From contig NMRA01000040.1 in assembly GCA_002633005.1 (NCBI GenBank), positions 327,362 to 391,361 on the forward strand: DNA of 64,000 bases, given 5' to 3'. The notes below the pieces were generated by a model. That model was given only the letters and a program-made list of their open reading frames with translations, was not told the origin of the DNA and ran no database searches. This DNA comes from Phoronis australis (Eukaryota > Animalia > Phoronida). Positions 41,401-53,000 of the stretch are shown piece after piece (position 1 is the stretch's first letter; the number at the start of each line of letters is the position of its first letter). The position numbers and the translations under genes are program-made.

Positions 41401-42935
41401 ATTTTTTTGGTGTGAAATTTCAAAAACAAGTGAACATTTAATAGCTACTTACCCATTCTTTCTGCAAACGTGACTTATGACTGGTCGGAACCTCGTACAA
41501 ATGTAGACGCGTCCGTTCTTAACAATTCTCACCAAGCGAATGATCCGGGTCAACCTTGGGCAAGTCCCAGGCCAATACCTCTTTTGTTCATCAAGATTGG
41601 AGGCATCCAGGGAACGAACTAACTGATCTGATTCGTCTTCTTCTTCACTTGCATCTTCGGCAGAACGCGCGTCAAAGTCTGCCTGCTCGTCGCTTTCGTT
41701 TTCTTCCAAAGAACGGACGTCAAGATCTGTCTGATCATCTGTATCGCCGTCTAGGGTGCCGTAGTTTTCGAATTCCTCTGTTCGGACCAACCCCAGGACA
41801 CAACAGAGCAGAGCGCATAGAAAGATCTATAAGTACAGTATATCGCTAGCTTTAGTAACCAAAATATTGCACCAAATATATCATGTCATTTTTAATCCTG
41901 CCCACCAGTTTGTAAGAGAAAAACTGCATCGCGGCCAGGACAGGCGTCAAAGCGATGCATTTACTAATGGTTGCCTTGCCAAGTTAACGAATCAAATGGC
42001 ATTGTTTGTGTCAGTTTTCACACAGAGACGTGTGCATCCCGGTATGTTCATGTTGCTGTAGCTCGGACTACATTGGAACGACGGTTTGAGCACTGGCTGT
42101 ACATCTTTCAGTGGACTTTGTGCACGGAATAATAAAAATAATCATCGTCCACTTCATTTCATTTAAGTGAACTCGCACGCTTAAGCATTTTAGAAACAAT
42201 AATGAATTCGCAGCAGCGTCTCGGGAGAATCAAATCGGTTGAATTTTGTTAGAAATACAGCAAACCCCGCTTTGCAGAATCATTTTTGAAACACTGAAGT
42301 TCAACAGCAACGAACTAAGTTGCAATCTGAATAAAGAGCAAGTTGATATCATTTTTTCTCTGACTGGAAGTTTTTGACTATTTATAACACCTCGAACACG
42401 AAAAAGTGCCGAAGACGACTGTTTTTATTTTTTTTTAATTCTTAACCTTGTAAAGCTACCTTAAAACAGAAACCAGCATCACATTTTCCATGCTAAACGA
42501 AAAATTAAACTGAAATTTACAGCACATTGAGCATATTTGACAGAAAACGAGTGTATCATAACAAATAAAATTTGTCAAAGAAAGGCTGCAAACTGTCTTA
42601 GTACAGTTGAACTTCACCGCCCTCGAGGAAAGTTTACACTGATCTGCCTGTCTTCAAACAACAAGAATTACAAGTCATAACGATTAGTACCATTACACAT
42701 CACATAATTTTTAACACGAAAAGACGTGAATAACGAACACCAGCTGAATGCACCATTGCTATTACTGTTTGTCGGCGTAGTGACAAAATGTAAATTTTCA
42801 AGAGAAAATCATGGAGGATAATTTTAAAACAAATAGCAAGGAAAGTTCAGGATGATTCGTAATTCAGAAATCCTTCATGACACCGACTTATCAAAAAAAC
42901 ACATTAACACGGTCTAAATTCCTTACCGGTTTCAT
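38450..42935 (-). CDS. Secreted 183-aa prepro-protein with acidic pro-region and highly cationic cystine-knot-like (neurotrophin/Spaetzle-like) mature domain
   Basis: Exon 1 42935-42927 (ATG AAA CCG|GTAAGG), exon 2 41826-41453 (TTATAG|ATC..AAT GG|GTAAGT), exon 3 38618-38450 (TTTGCAG|G..TAA); 552 nt in frame. Protein: MKPIFLCALLCCVLGLVRT / 67-aa D/E-rich pro-region ending KR / YWPGTCPRLTRIIRLVRIVKNGRVYICTRFRPVISHVCRKNGLRCRLRNKSGKCYTRTYRFYRSAVCRVLPNGKLFRARIWVRAPRCCCRISLLKGR*. A minus-strand AATAAA lies at 38109-38104. The fold call is inferred from Cys spacing only. Confidence 0.8.
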
Positions 42936-42997
42936 CTCGCTAGAGGGAGTAGCTGGCCTATTTGTCGATAGAGATAGCTTGCTAATCGATAACAAAC

Positions 42998-43030
42998 TAG
43001 CTGATATGAGACTACACGTACCAATTTATA
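42998..43030 (-). promoter_or_regulatory. TATA box and initiator-like element of the cationic cystine-knot gene
   Basis: Minus-strand TATAAA at 43030-43025 and a TCAG initiator-like sequence about 28 nt downstream (A at 43002), about 67 nt before the ATG at 42935. Confidence 0.55.
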
Positions 43031-43386
43031 GAGGTGTGCCGTTACGGTCCACATATTTTCCCAAAAGGGCTGTGCTAATTCATTGCACGTTCCTTAAAAT
43101 TTACTACCCATTAAGTTCAACGTGGCTATTAATAAACAGTTTAATCATGTCTATGCACGTATTTTGTGAATGCACCAACAGCCGCACCATATGAGTGCAA
43201 ACGCGCATATTAAAATATGTGTCGATGTAATAAAACACATACGTTTTCTGTTGTTTTATAGCTGTGGTCAAAGCTAATAACTTCAAGAATTAAATCCCAC
43301 CCAAACATAATCCCAACCCCCCAAAAATGTGTTCTTTAGTCGCAAAAATGATAAATGTCCCTTAATATCAACAAGGAGTGTACGAG

Positions 43387-44165
43387 CATAGGAGAGTTCA
43401 CTCCGCCATTTTACCATTCGCCGCAATGGTTTCTGGTCGAAACACTAGCGCTCCAAGCGGTGAATAATCAACACTTAGTTTGGCGCACAGTCCGAACAAT
43501 GTAAACGCTCATAAATTCATACTTTAATGACATTCAACGTGCAATAAAATTACTGTGTGATTGAAAATGGTTAGAATACATAAACTAACATCCACTTACA
43601 ATAGAATGAGAAAGAAAATGTGTATTTTAATCATGACAGACTTAGTGGCCCTGTGGCTGTGATTGTGCCATGGCTGTGTCACCAGTCATATTACTCATGG
43701 CCATGGGCATGTTTTCCTAAAATTGTCCCTGCGATCGTACAGGTGACATTTTGATTTGGAATTGATGGACTGCAAGTATCCAAAAAGCTGACGATCACAT
43801 CGTACGTTCATCATAGTCCTTCCGCCGGCAGCCCGCTTGTACAGTAGGCCTAGCCTACACTGCAGACAACAGAACAGTGGCAACGGGACTGTGATCGACT
43901 TGTCTAACAACCGTGAACAGAACACACAAAATGAAAGCCAATGTATCATTTTATTGAATAAAGGATAATCCTTACCTTTCTGGATCCTTAGGAAACCAGG
44001 AAAATGACACGTCTGGGGTTTTCGTGGATGAATTCATGAAATTTATCGCACTGCAAAATGCGTCCTTCTATTGTTAAGGCGCTTCCTGGTTGACAGTTGC
44101 TTGTTCACCACTTGGCGGCGCTAGTAGTAGCGGTAACAGCGAACTCACAAGTGAACTCTCCTATA
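43387..44165 (-). mobile_element. Deleted THAP-bearing (P-element-like) DNA transposon
   Basis: Perfect 15-bp TIR ATAGGAGAGTTCACT (43388-43402) / AGTGAACTCTCCTAT (44150-44164), plus subterminal inverted motifs. An internal decayed THAP first exon FCSAINFMNSSTKTPDVSFSWFPKDPER|GTAAGG lies at about 44060-43976. Confidence 0.65.
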
Positions 44166-44559
44166 CTACTACACTCCTTGCTATCAAGTTCTGGAAGAAA
44201 ATTTGATTCCACTGTTGCGGAATTTACTAACTTATACATTGTTGCAAAACGACCATAGATCCAGAATTTGGTGTAAGTAAGTCTTGCTCCGTCATCTCTC
44301 ATGTCTCATCTTTTCTACACAGCTACAGTACACGCCTCAAAGTCGCTCTTCGAAATCTTATAGCCGACAGGTCATTCAAACAGCAGCGATTGTAAGCGTG
44401 AACAACCAAAGGGATGTTTGACTACAGCACAAACTGTCTATCACGAAATCGCTGAATGTGAATCATTTTCATCTGATTGACTATTCATTTTTCAATGAGT
44501 TCCCACCACGCATTTTTCTTAGTTTTTGAGATTTCAGTAAGCTAATATGAAATGAATAC

Positions 44560-45440
44560 TTTATGCCAAGTTGTCGCGATTTTTTAATTTAGTTATTTCC
44601 AAGTTTACCGCCAAATGATGTAATGGGTGGAAGTCGTTTGGTCACTTGGCAATGACCAACGCAGCAGATCAGAAGACGAGGACGATTTTGAGCGAGAACT
44701 GGACACTACTGTTATTCAAAATAGACACTAAATGACCACTGACAAAGGCCACAGTAAATTCACTATTACCAAAATGGAATGGGCACGGTCTAAACACAGT
44801 GCACAAGCCTACGTGTCGTACCACTCGATCTGGGCCGTGGATGAGGGCTTGGCATTACTCGCCCTAGAATGGAAGCAGTTTGTTCGTTATTTATAAAATT
44901 TGCAAATACACTTACAAGGTGACGAGCCCTTCATTGTAACGCCGCTTTTATGTTTGGTCGAAGCACGATTCCTTGAAATGTGCCGACCGAATCGCATGTT
45001 CCACACTAACATTCCACCGATGCAGTTTCTGTGCAACTTTCACATCTTCAGGAAATTTGAACACAGAGACGTTCTCGTTCAAGTTGCTGTTACTAGAGCC
45101 TACACAAACGCACCTTTTCATGTCTGAAAAAGGCGGCACGTCTACCTGAACTGTCCACACAACTCCTTAGTATCGCACTGGTAAAAACAACAAAATGGCA
45201 GAGACTGCCTTCCACCCATTACGTTATATAATGTTTAATTTTTGGCTTGTTTCTGACCATCAGGTATACTAAAGATGTATTAATAAAATTCTTTTTGAGA
45301 CAAATGGTCATGGTAGAAATTTCTCAACATTACCGTACTAAGAAAATCTGCCTAAGCGTCTATTTGATTTTACATCGTTTTAGAAATGCCTTTCAGAAGC
45401 GATTAAAACTAAACTATAAAGATACAAGTTGGCGTAAAGT
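44560..45440 (-). mobile_element. Second THAP-domain relic bracketed by inverted repeats
   Basis: MKRCVCVGSSNSNLNENVSVFKFPEDVKVAQKLHRW..AIRSAHFKESCFDQT* (45121-44948) follows the THAP pattern with Zn ligands lost. Inverted repeats GTAATGGGTGGAAG 44620-44633 / 45209-45222, plus an outer imperfect pair near 44560 and 45430. Confidence 0.6.
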
Positions 45441-46259
45441 CTGAACACGTTTCAATTTGATACCATTTTCATCTTTTTCTGAGTTTCAGTTACCTGTGAG
45501 CAACACAGGGAATTCTATGTTGTAAGTAAAGGGTCTCAGCCTCGTTTGTCTGATATTTACCCACTGACTGCAGCTGTGATGAACATGGCGTGGAGATCGG
45601 GAGGGACACGTGCTCCCATTAATCATTTGTATTCCTCGACAGTAATCGTTCGAACATCTCACATCATCTCAACTTTTGCTGCATTCGTTGACATGGGAAA
45701 AGCATTTTTTTGAGTTGGAAAGATAGGATTTATTACCCCTAAAACGTTAAGTTACAATTGAAATGTCGTCTGTATAGTACAGTTAAAATGATTTATGAAC
45801 GATTTTGTGAAACTATTCTACTTGATAATAAGACCAGAAAATGGCATTCGTCTGGCCCATATTCTTTTTTTTTTGCTTTTTAAGTAACTGATCAGCATTT
45901 TACCCTAGGGTAAAACATGCTAGACAGCTCATCTGTTTGGGTCTACGTGGCACGTGTTCGTCTAAGTACGCGAGAAATATCATTCGTTCAGACTAATGTA
46001 TTGACAAGAGGATCACACCATCGTTGCTGAAATTACCGCGCGCGGGAATTCGAAGTAATCGCATTTGCTTTTGATATTTACAGTCGTGCAAGACTTCAAC
46101 GGGTCAGTGGCTGTGGGAAAATATCCCAACTACACACCTCATTGTGAAAATTTACACATAATTTTTCAACCGTGTTTATTATCAATCTAAACTGTTATTT
46201 TCGCTCGAGTGACCATGCGAAACAGTCGAGGCGACTGACTAATAATGATTGGCACTCTC

Positions 46260-46561
46260 CATGGGCGGATCCAGGATTTTGAGTTAGGGGGACCAGGGCA
46301 CAGTTATAACCCGAATTTAGCCTCATGTTCGCGCCCAGTCTAAAATGTAGCGATGTAGGGGGTCGAATTTTTGGGTTTGTGTACCTTATTACTAAAACAA
46401 AACAAACGGGGTTTGTTCAAGGCCTATGCATTGTGCATTCGCTCCCCGAGCCCCCTGAGTGCGCGCATATACTAGTCAGCAATTCGCACCCCGAAATGCC
46501 AAATGGAATCTGGGAGAATTTTAGGGGGGCATGGCCCCTTGCCCCCCCAAATCCGCCACTG
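46260..46561. mobile_element. MITE (same family) with 5-bp TSD CTCTC
   Basis: CATGGGCGGATCC / AATCCGCCACTG; CTCTC at 46255-46259 and 46562-46566. Further relatives at 47968-48259 (TTCTT/TACTT flanks) and about 54754-54899. Confidence 0.72.
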
Positions 46562-46980
46562 CTCTCAATGGCAAATTTTGAGGAGGCGCAAAGAGGTCTT
46601 AGACCCTCCTGAATTTTTGCCAAGTAAGTGGTCACTGCTACAATCTAAACAGTCAACATATGTTGGTGGCCAAGACAGTTCCTGTAGTATTACACCCGTT
46701 TTGCTTAACGTGTCTTCTTGGCGTCTTTCTAAAGGCTCCCAAGACAAAAAACCACATGCCGGCATTCAAACACTTTATGATCATTCAAATTGGAGATCGG
46801 TGATTTACAAGTGAGACAACACGAGAGAAAAATTTCACTGAATTAAAATATCGTTTTTATGGAAATTATGCGTCTCATTTTTCATAGCGTATAAATGTCG
46901 GTGCAATGCCCTTTGCTGAACATGCGATTGTTGCTCGTGCTCATTTAAGTATTCTATTTTCACGTTCGATGACGTCAGCC

Positions 46981-47050
46981 GCTGAGTGGTGTAGTGGTAA
47001 ACTCGGCGACTCGCAACTGTTGAGGCCCGGGTTCGAATCCGGCCTCGGTT
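46981..47050 (+). repeat. tRNA-derived SINE head or tRNA pseudogene
   Basis: Pol III A box TGGTGTAGTGG and B box GGTTCGAATCC at tRNA spacing. The anticodon and acceptor stems pair poorly, so it is not called as a functional tRNA. Confidence 0.55.
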
Positions 47051-50000
47051 TCCCGCCAAAATGTTATCTCACTAGTGAGAGAACTTTATGGGTTATTACA
47101 CGGTTGTATCTGCCATTCGAGGCTAATATTGTGGTATAAATATATATATATTATGCTTTCATATTGGAGTTGACTTCAAGGCTTCGAGAGAACTGGCAAC
47201 TCCAAATTTCTTCACCAAGCTTTTAAATTTCAGGTCACGGCCCTCGGCAATAACAAACCACCAGTTCTTCCCGAGCGCACGGTTTTTTTAAACTGAGTAA
47301 GGAACAACACAAGCTGAACTTGTATAATCAAAATACATCAAAATACATCAAAATCATCAAATACATCAAAATACAATTCGTTACAGAAAGCCACAGAGTT
47401 AATGCCGCTTTAAACTGCTGTTATGGAGAAAAACGTCCATGGTATAAATTGAATGAAATACGACGCGAGACATGTAATGTAATGCGTATTACTGCCCAAA
47501 GTGAGAAAACCGGTTTACTTTGAGTTACTGTAGTATTAGAACCCCACGACGGAACCGTTCTTTAAATCAATGTCCTAACGTTCGACACTACGAATGTCGT
47601 TGCTTCCTACAAAATCCGCATGAAATTCCCGTTGTAATTAAAGAATCTTAAAATCCTTCCTATGCTTTGTGTGACAGAACTTAGGTCTCACTTAACTGTT
47701 GGATATTTGAGTGATTCAGTCACACTAGCTTGTGTGGCTTTCGTTGTTAGGACCCTTGCAATGGTCACTAAAATCCAAGGATAACCACAATCCGTTAAAG
47801 ACTATACGATAAAGCTATCTCAGCTTTGTGGTCGCCTGTAACCAGGCCACTCAGACCATTCTCTTACACGTGCACCTGGATTTTCTGAGAGTGATACGAG
47901 TTTGTATTAGTTGAAAACATAGAACTGGAGTTCCGTGGAGTTCAGCGACTGAGACTATGTGCTTCTTCATAGGCGGATTGGGGAGGGGGGGAGCGCCAAA
48001 AATAAAACAGGAAGACAACAAGAGCGTGAGGAAATGTTGAGTTTACTAATTAACCCTGGTATTGGCGAAGCGGCCGAATCAAACGTTTCCCCTTTTTTAT
48101 TTTATTTAGTCGTGCGGTTGAATTTTAGCGAGAAGTCCACATTCTCAGAAGTCCAAGCCCTCCTTCATTTCAGGCTGGGTGTGCGCATGCAGTCGTACTT
48201 CACGCGATTGCCCGACACAACGTGTTGCCCCCCCTTATGGTATTCTAGGTCCGCCACTGTACTTGACTTGTGCGAGTTTTACTGTATGTGTACAATCAAT
48301 GTATTAGTGTATTAAATTTAACTTGTTAAATGCCCATGCCCATCTTGCAGAGTCTTAGTTAGTTTTATCTATTTACGTCATAATAAATGACAATATTCGC
48401 AATCTTCCTCTTGTTTTACTCTGCAACATAGCTCGTGGCGTACCCCGGGCAAAATAGATTACGATAAAAATTATTTTTTTATTTCTATAAACCAAAAACC
48501 ATCTGTGCTGATATTCGATGTTTTTATTTGCTCTAACAAGTCGATGTGGTTACAGCGAACCTCGACTACAAGAAGGTTCCGGGAAGTTGGTTGTAATGAG
48601 ATTCGACTGTTTAATTGGGCCTGTCATTGTGTGGTAAAAAAGTCACGTGTGCGGAAGTTAGCCACTCTCGATGAATTTTTTTAGAAATCAAAACTACGCG
48701 ACAGTAAACGTCCAAGCATTATTTTTGTGTTCGTCAAATTACGCTTCTGGGCAAGTTTGTTTTTGACTTATGGTTAACTGCGTGGCCTACTTAAAAAGCA
48801 AATATATTCAGTTGAAAGATAATGGAAAAAACGCGCCGGATTGATAATTGAGACAGGTACATCTCACACGTAAACGTTTTCCACTCAGTGAGTTTACTTG
48901 TATAGTGCATGTACACATCAGTGACATTGCCAAAAAACTGAAATTCCTAGATCCGCCACTGATTCTGTAGTGAGCAGATGGGCCTGGTTAGAAAAAACAG
49001 GCAGTAAATAGTGGCGTGGTTTAAATTTGGTCAAAGCCAAAAGGGCGAAAAATAAGATTCGTGGTCGTTAAATGAGCGCAGGTCACACGCACGACAACAC
49101 ACAAGACAAAGAAGTATATACGAGAAGCCTAAAAACTGTCAACAACAAAAAATCCCACCACGGACACTGCCTCTTTCATAAGTGTTGAAAATAGTTTCAC
49201 GACATCACGCACGAGTTGATAAACAGAGATTTAGATGTCATGCAACAATCAAACTTGAGACATAAAGTTAAAAATACTTTTTCCAACAAAGGTTAGCATC
49301 CTCTCGGAACTCACTGACCCGAGACCACAAAATATCATTAGCAAATCGAGTGTCCATAGTAAACAGCCATTGTTCACGTGGTGGAATTGTTTAATTTTCG
49401 AGTCTATTCACCTGCAAAGTTTGTTGCTGTATAGAAACCGTAGCGCTGTGTGTGCCTGTGATTTTTATGGTGAGTTGCCATGTGATGGCCCAGCGTGGCT
49501 AAGGTTATTTTCTTCACCTGCAAAGGTTGTTGACTTACATGTTAATGTAACTACGAAAATCAACTGAATCATAACCGATTTTGTGGCAATTATAACCTTA
49601 TCTTGTAAGAAATTTGCGATTCAGAGTCGGAACTTTGAAGCGGGGTGAAAGTTATTAAAATGTCAAACATCAACCTCAAACTATTAGTGCAACAGAGGTG
49701 ATTTTTGCCACTCTGAAATAAACCTCTAAGAATTTAGCGAATTTAGACGAACAATGGTGAAATTTATCCACTTCAACATCATTTTCCGCCCCGGGGGGAG
49801 GTAGCCATGTGCACTCGAACTTCGGGTACCCATTTTCAAGAAGGGATTTTGAAACCGACAGCACCTTAGGCAGTGTACAAGAGACGCCTGAGAGCCACTG
49901 CACCCGTTTTAAATGTACCCCTTCAAAGCATGACACTAACAAAATGAAAAATTTAACCAAACTGGAATTAATAAAGTGAACCCTCAGAAATAGATGAAAC

Positions 50001-53000
50001 CATAATCGAAATTTCCGACACGATGTTCCATCCACTCATTCCGAAACTAATGATACTGTTTTTCCTTGTATTTCTCCGGTTGTTGCAGCACGCAGTAGGG
50101 TTTTGTTGTGTTTTTATCGTCCCTCAAAGAATGATTTTGGCATTACACCTTTTTTGGCTCCGTCCCTGATAAACGCGTACCCACGTAACATGCTCAAATA
50201 TAAAAATTTGAGATACCCTTTTTCGTAAAAATGTGTTGACCCTTGGTAATCAAGTTTCTGGTGGCTGTCTCTTCGCACGCCTATAGCGACGAAATGTGAA
50301 ATACTCGACAACCAAGGGAAGCTGAGGCGGTGGCAACAGGGATGACATCTGACTTTGGTACCACAAACGCGGCGAGTGGGGCGGAGGTAAACATATTGTT
50401 ATATACATAACTGACGCCGACATGGGTGCAAGTGGAGGTAAAAGGGTGGTTTGTACCTGAGCCTTGAATTGCATGCCATTCTCTAACTGGTGCTGCAATA
50501 CAAAGGTAAAACACTGAGTGCCAGTTCAAACAATGTACACAGACAAATGGGAGAAGAGCTCTACCTGCCTGCAAACAATCAAAGCAAATAGTTACGCATT
50601 ACTGGGACGATATACTCTTATCCCGGTATAGGCTTGCTATTAGGCAGGTGATCCAGGTAATTATTGGTACTCACGGTAAATTTTCTCGGCAACGGAAAGT
50701 CACAGGCCACACGACACGCTCAAACTGTTCTTAGTGTGGTGACTCATCCTCAATATTTAGTGGAGATTTCCGGTGACTTTCAAAGGCTTCGCAGCCTTCT
50801 ACTCGACAGACATATGTTGCATAGTCTTCTACCTATGACGAACCCTTACTGAACAGTCGCCTTGAGTCAAAATTAGGTGATCAGTGCAATGGGCCCAGTC
50901 GTGGTGGCCTATTAAGCATTCCTGGATTCCGGTCGATTAAAGCCATGCGCATACTGTCTCCGATGGTATTTCGATAGCTTCCGATAATTTCTGACCAGTA
51001 CTTCAAAATTGCGACTTCTGATTAATATAAGAAAAGTCATTGGCATTTGGGCATCAGCTTACACGATTAGTATAGAACTTGAGTCGATGGTCCACGGTCC
51101 GTTGAATGAGTTGCATTTACTATGTGAGTCAAAGCTGGCGTGTAACAGATGTTTGGCACTAAACCTACCCATAAAGATATTTCTTCTGTACTTGGTTTGG
51201 TATGGCAGAGTCAATAGCCTGACTGTTGAGCTTAGCCCGCGCGTTTTCAGCCGGCTAAATTTGACCGACAAATCTTAAATAAAGTTTCGATGGCAAAGCC
51301 TTTTTAGAAACAAACTTCACATATCACAATTACCCAAAACTATCACTGATTATTGATTAGGGGGTTGCCAAGCTTGAAATTGCGAATTAATGAACTTATT
51401 GACGTTTTTAAGTTGGGAATATTCGAGTTAAGCATGCCTTATAATGACGAGGTAACCAAGGTCACCTCTCTCATTGGTTAATGTCTGGCTAATATCCTTT
51501 GAGCTAGCCAATGAAAAGCAGGGTCACATGTAGAAAACAACATCCTGTATGTCTGTTTCTAGGGATGCCACTTGTGATTGATGTGGTTATTTGTTTAAAT
51601 TGGGCATTATTTAAAAGGGCAATCTTAATTACATACCAATTATGCTAAAATGTCTGAGCCTTTCCATAAATCAACTTTGCAGTGTTAAATACAGAACAGA
51701 GTCTATATTTATTCATTTTTTCATATCTACTTATTTTTGTACTCTGACTAAGCCCTAGGCTAAACCAGTCTGTGACTGTCACATTCTAATCACATGATTT
51801 TGTAGGGTTTGCATTGGCATTTGTCAACGAACTTGAGGTTTTTGATTTTACTGCATTCACAAGTTGTTATTTAGTCATGGCTTGTATACCTCAAACAATC
51901 ATCTGTTACCATGCTAAGAATTTACTGATGGCACGTCAGCTCACCCTATTTGTATATCTATTTGGCCGTACGTCCGACGTGGCTGGAAATGGCTTCTGCT
52001 TTCACAGCGTCAAAACCTAGAGTTGGCTGAGAAAACAATATACATTTTTTGAAGACTCCACTAATAGTTTACTCTCTGCAGCAGAACTGATGACTTAAAC
52101 CTACCGTAAATTTTCCCAGTACAAGCGAAATAATGCATTTTCTGGGAACTGAATACTGAAAAATGCAACGATCCAGAATATAGGGGTATAAGCCTGTAAG
52201 ACCATAGCATTTCTTTGGATGTAAGGCCAATCGATATTTTCCATGTGTTTTCTGCCAATCAGTCATGATCTGTACTGTCATAATTAATAAAGCTTTGATT
52301 GACTAAAACTATTCCGTGAAAATAGTCTCTCAAACATACTGAGCCACAACACCACGTTCCTTACAATATCTTTTTATCACTCCGGCTGGTCTGCTCACTC
52401 AGCTTGTCCGGAACCTGCTTTGCAGCTTGTTAAAGCCCAGTTGGCTGTTTGATGTACCCACTTGGTACTTTGTTATATGATATTTGCCCATTTGGCAGTT
52501 GTACCCATTTGGTACTTGTTTTTGAATTTGCCGTTTTGCTCGACCCACTTGGCAGGCAATCGGCCAATACCCATTTGGTATTATGTACCCATTTGTTACT
52601 ATGCTAACCTGTGCCACTTAGTATCCGATACTCAATATACACATTGTGTATCGTAAATTTGTGTGTTATCTCTTGTAATTAAGGAACCCATCTGATTCCT
52701 TCTGTGAAATAGTCATTTGTAGAGCTGTGACCCTGAAATTCCCAATACAACCTAAAATATATATTATTGTTGTTGTTATATTTGTCCCCAATAATGGGTT
52801 AAATAATAAAACAAAACAGCACGTGTTGTACGTTCTCTAGTTCGTTGTTTTGTGACGTGTCCACATTACTATACTGTTGTAATTCCAAAATACCTGGTTA
52901 CCGTGGCAACAAAGCGCGTTCAATCTTGACAACTGTCCTAAGTTTTAGGGAGGGTCACTAAAATGATTTGATCATGGTTGCCTGCTATCTAAAATTACTG

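Noticed and set aside
38450-41790. Two independent antimicrobial-peptide genes
   Set aside because: The 38450 ORF lacks its own signal or pro-region and begins at a phase-matched acceptor; a single spliced gene explains both.
46981-47050. Functional tRNA gene
   Set aside because: A and B boxes are present but the anticodon and acceptor stems do not pair properly; more likely a SINE head. Similar B-box remnants lie on the minus strand near 53140 and 24820.
49676-50850. Minus-strand gene with cold-shock-like motif (KGYLKF..RGYAFI) and a plausible intron 50673-50569
   Set aside because: No continuous reading frame could be built and the similarity is too weak to call.
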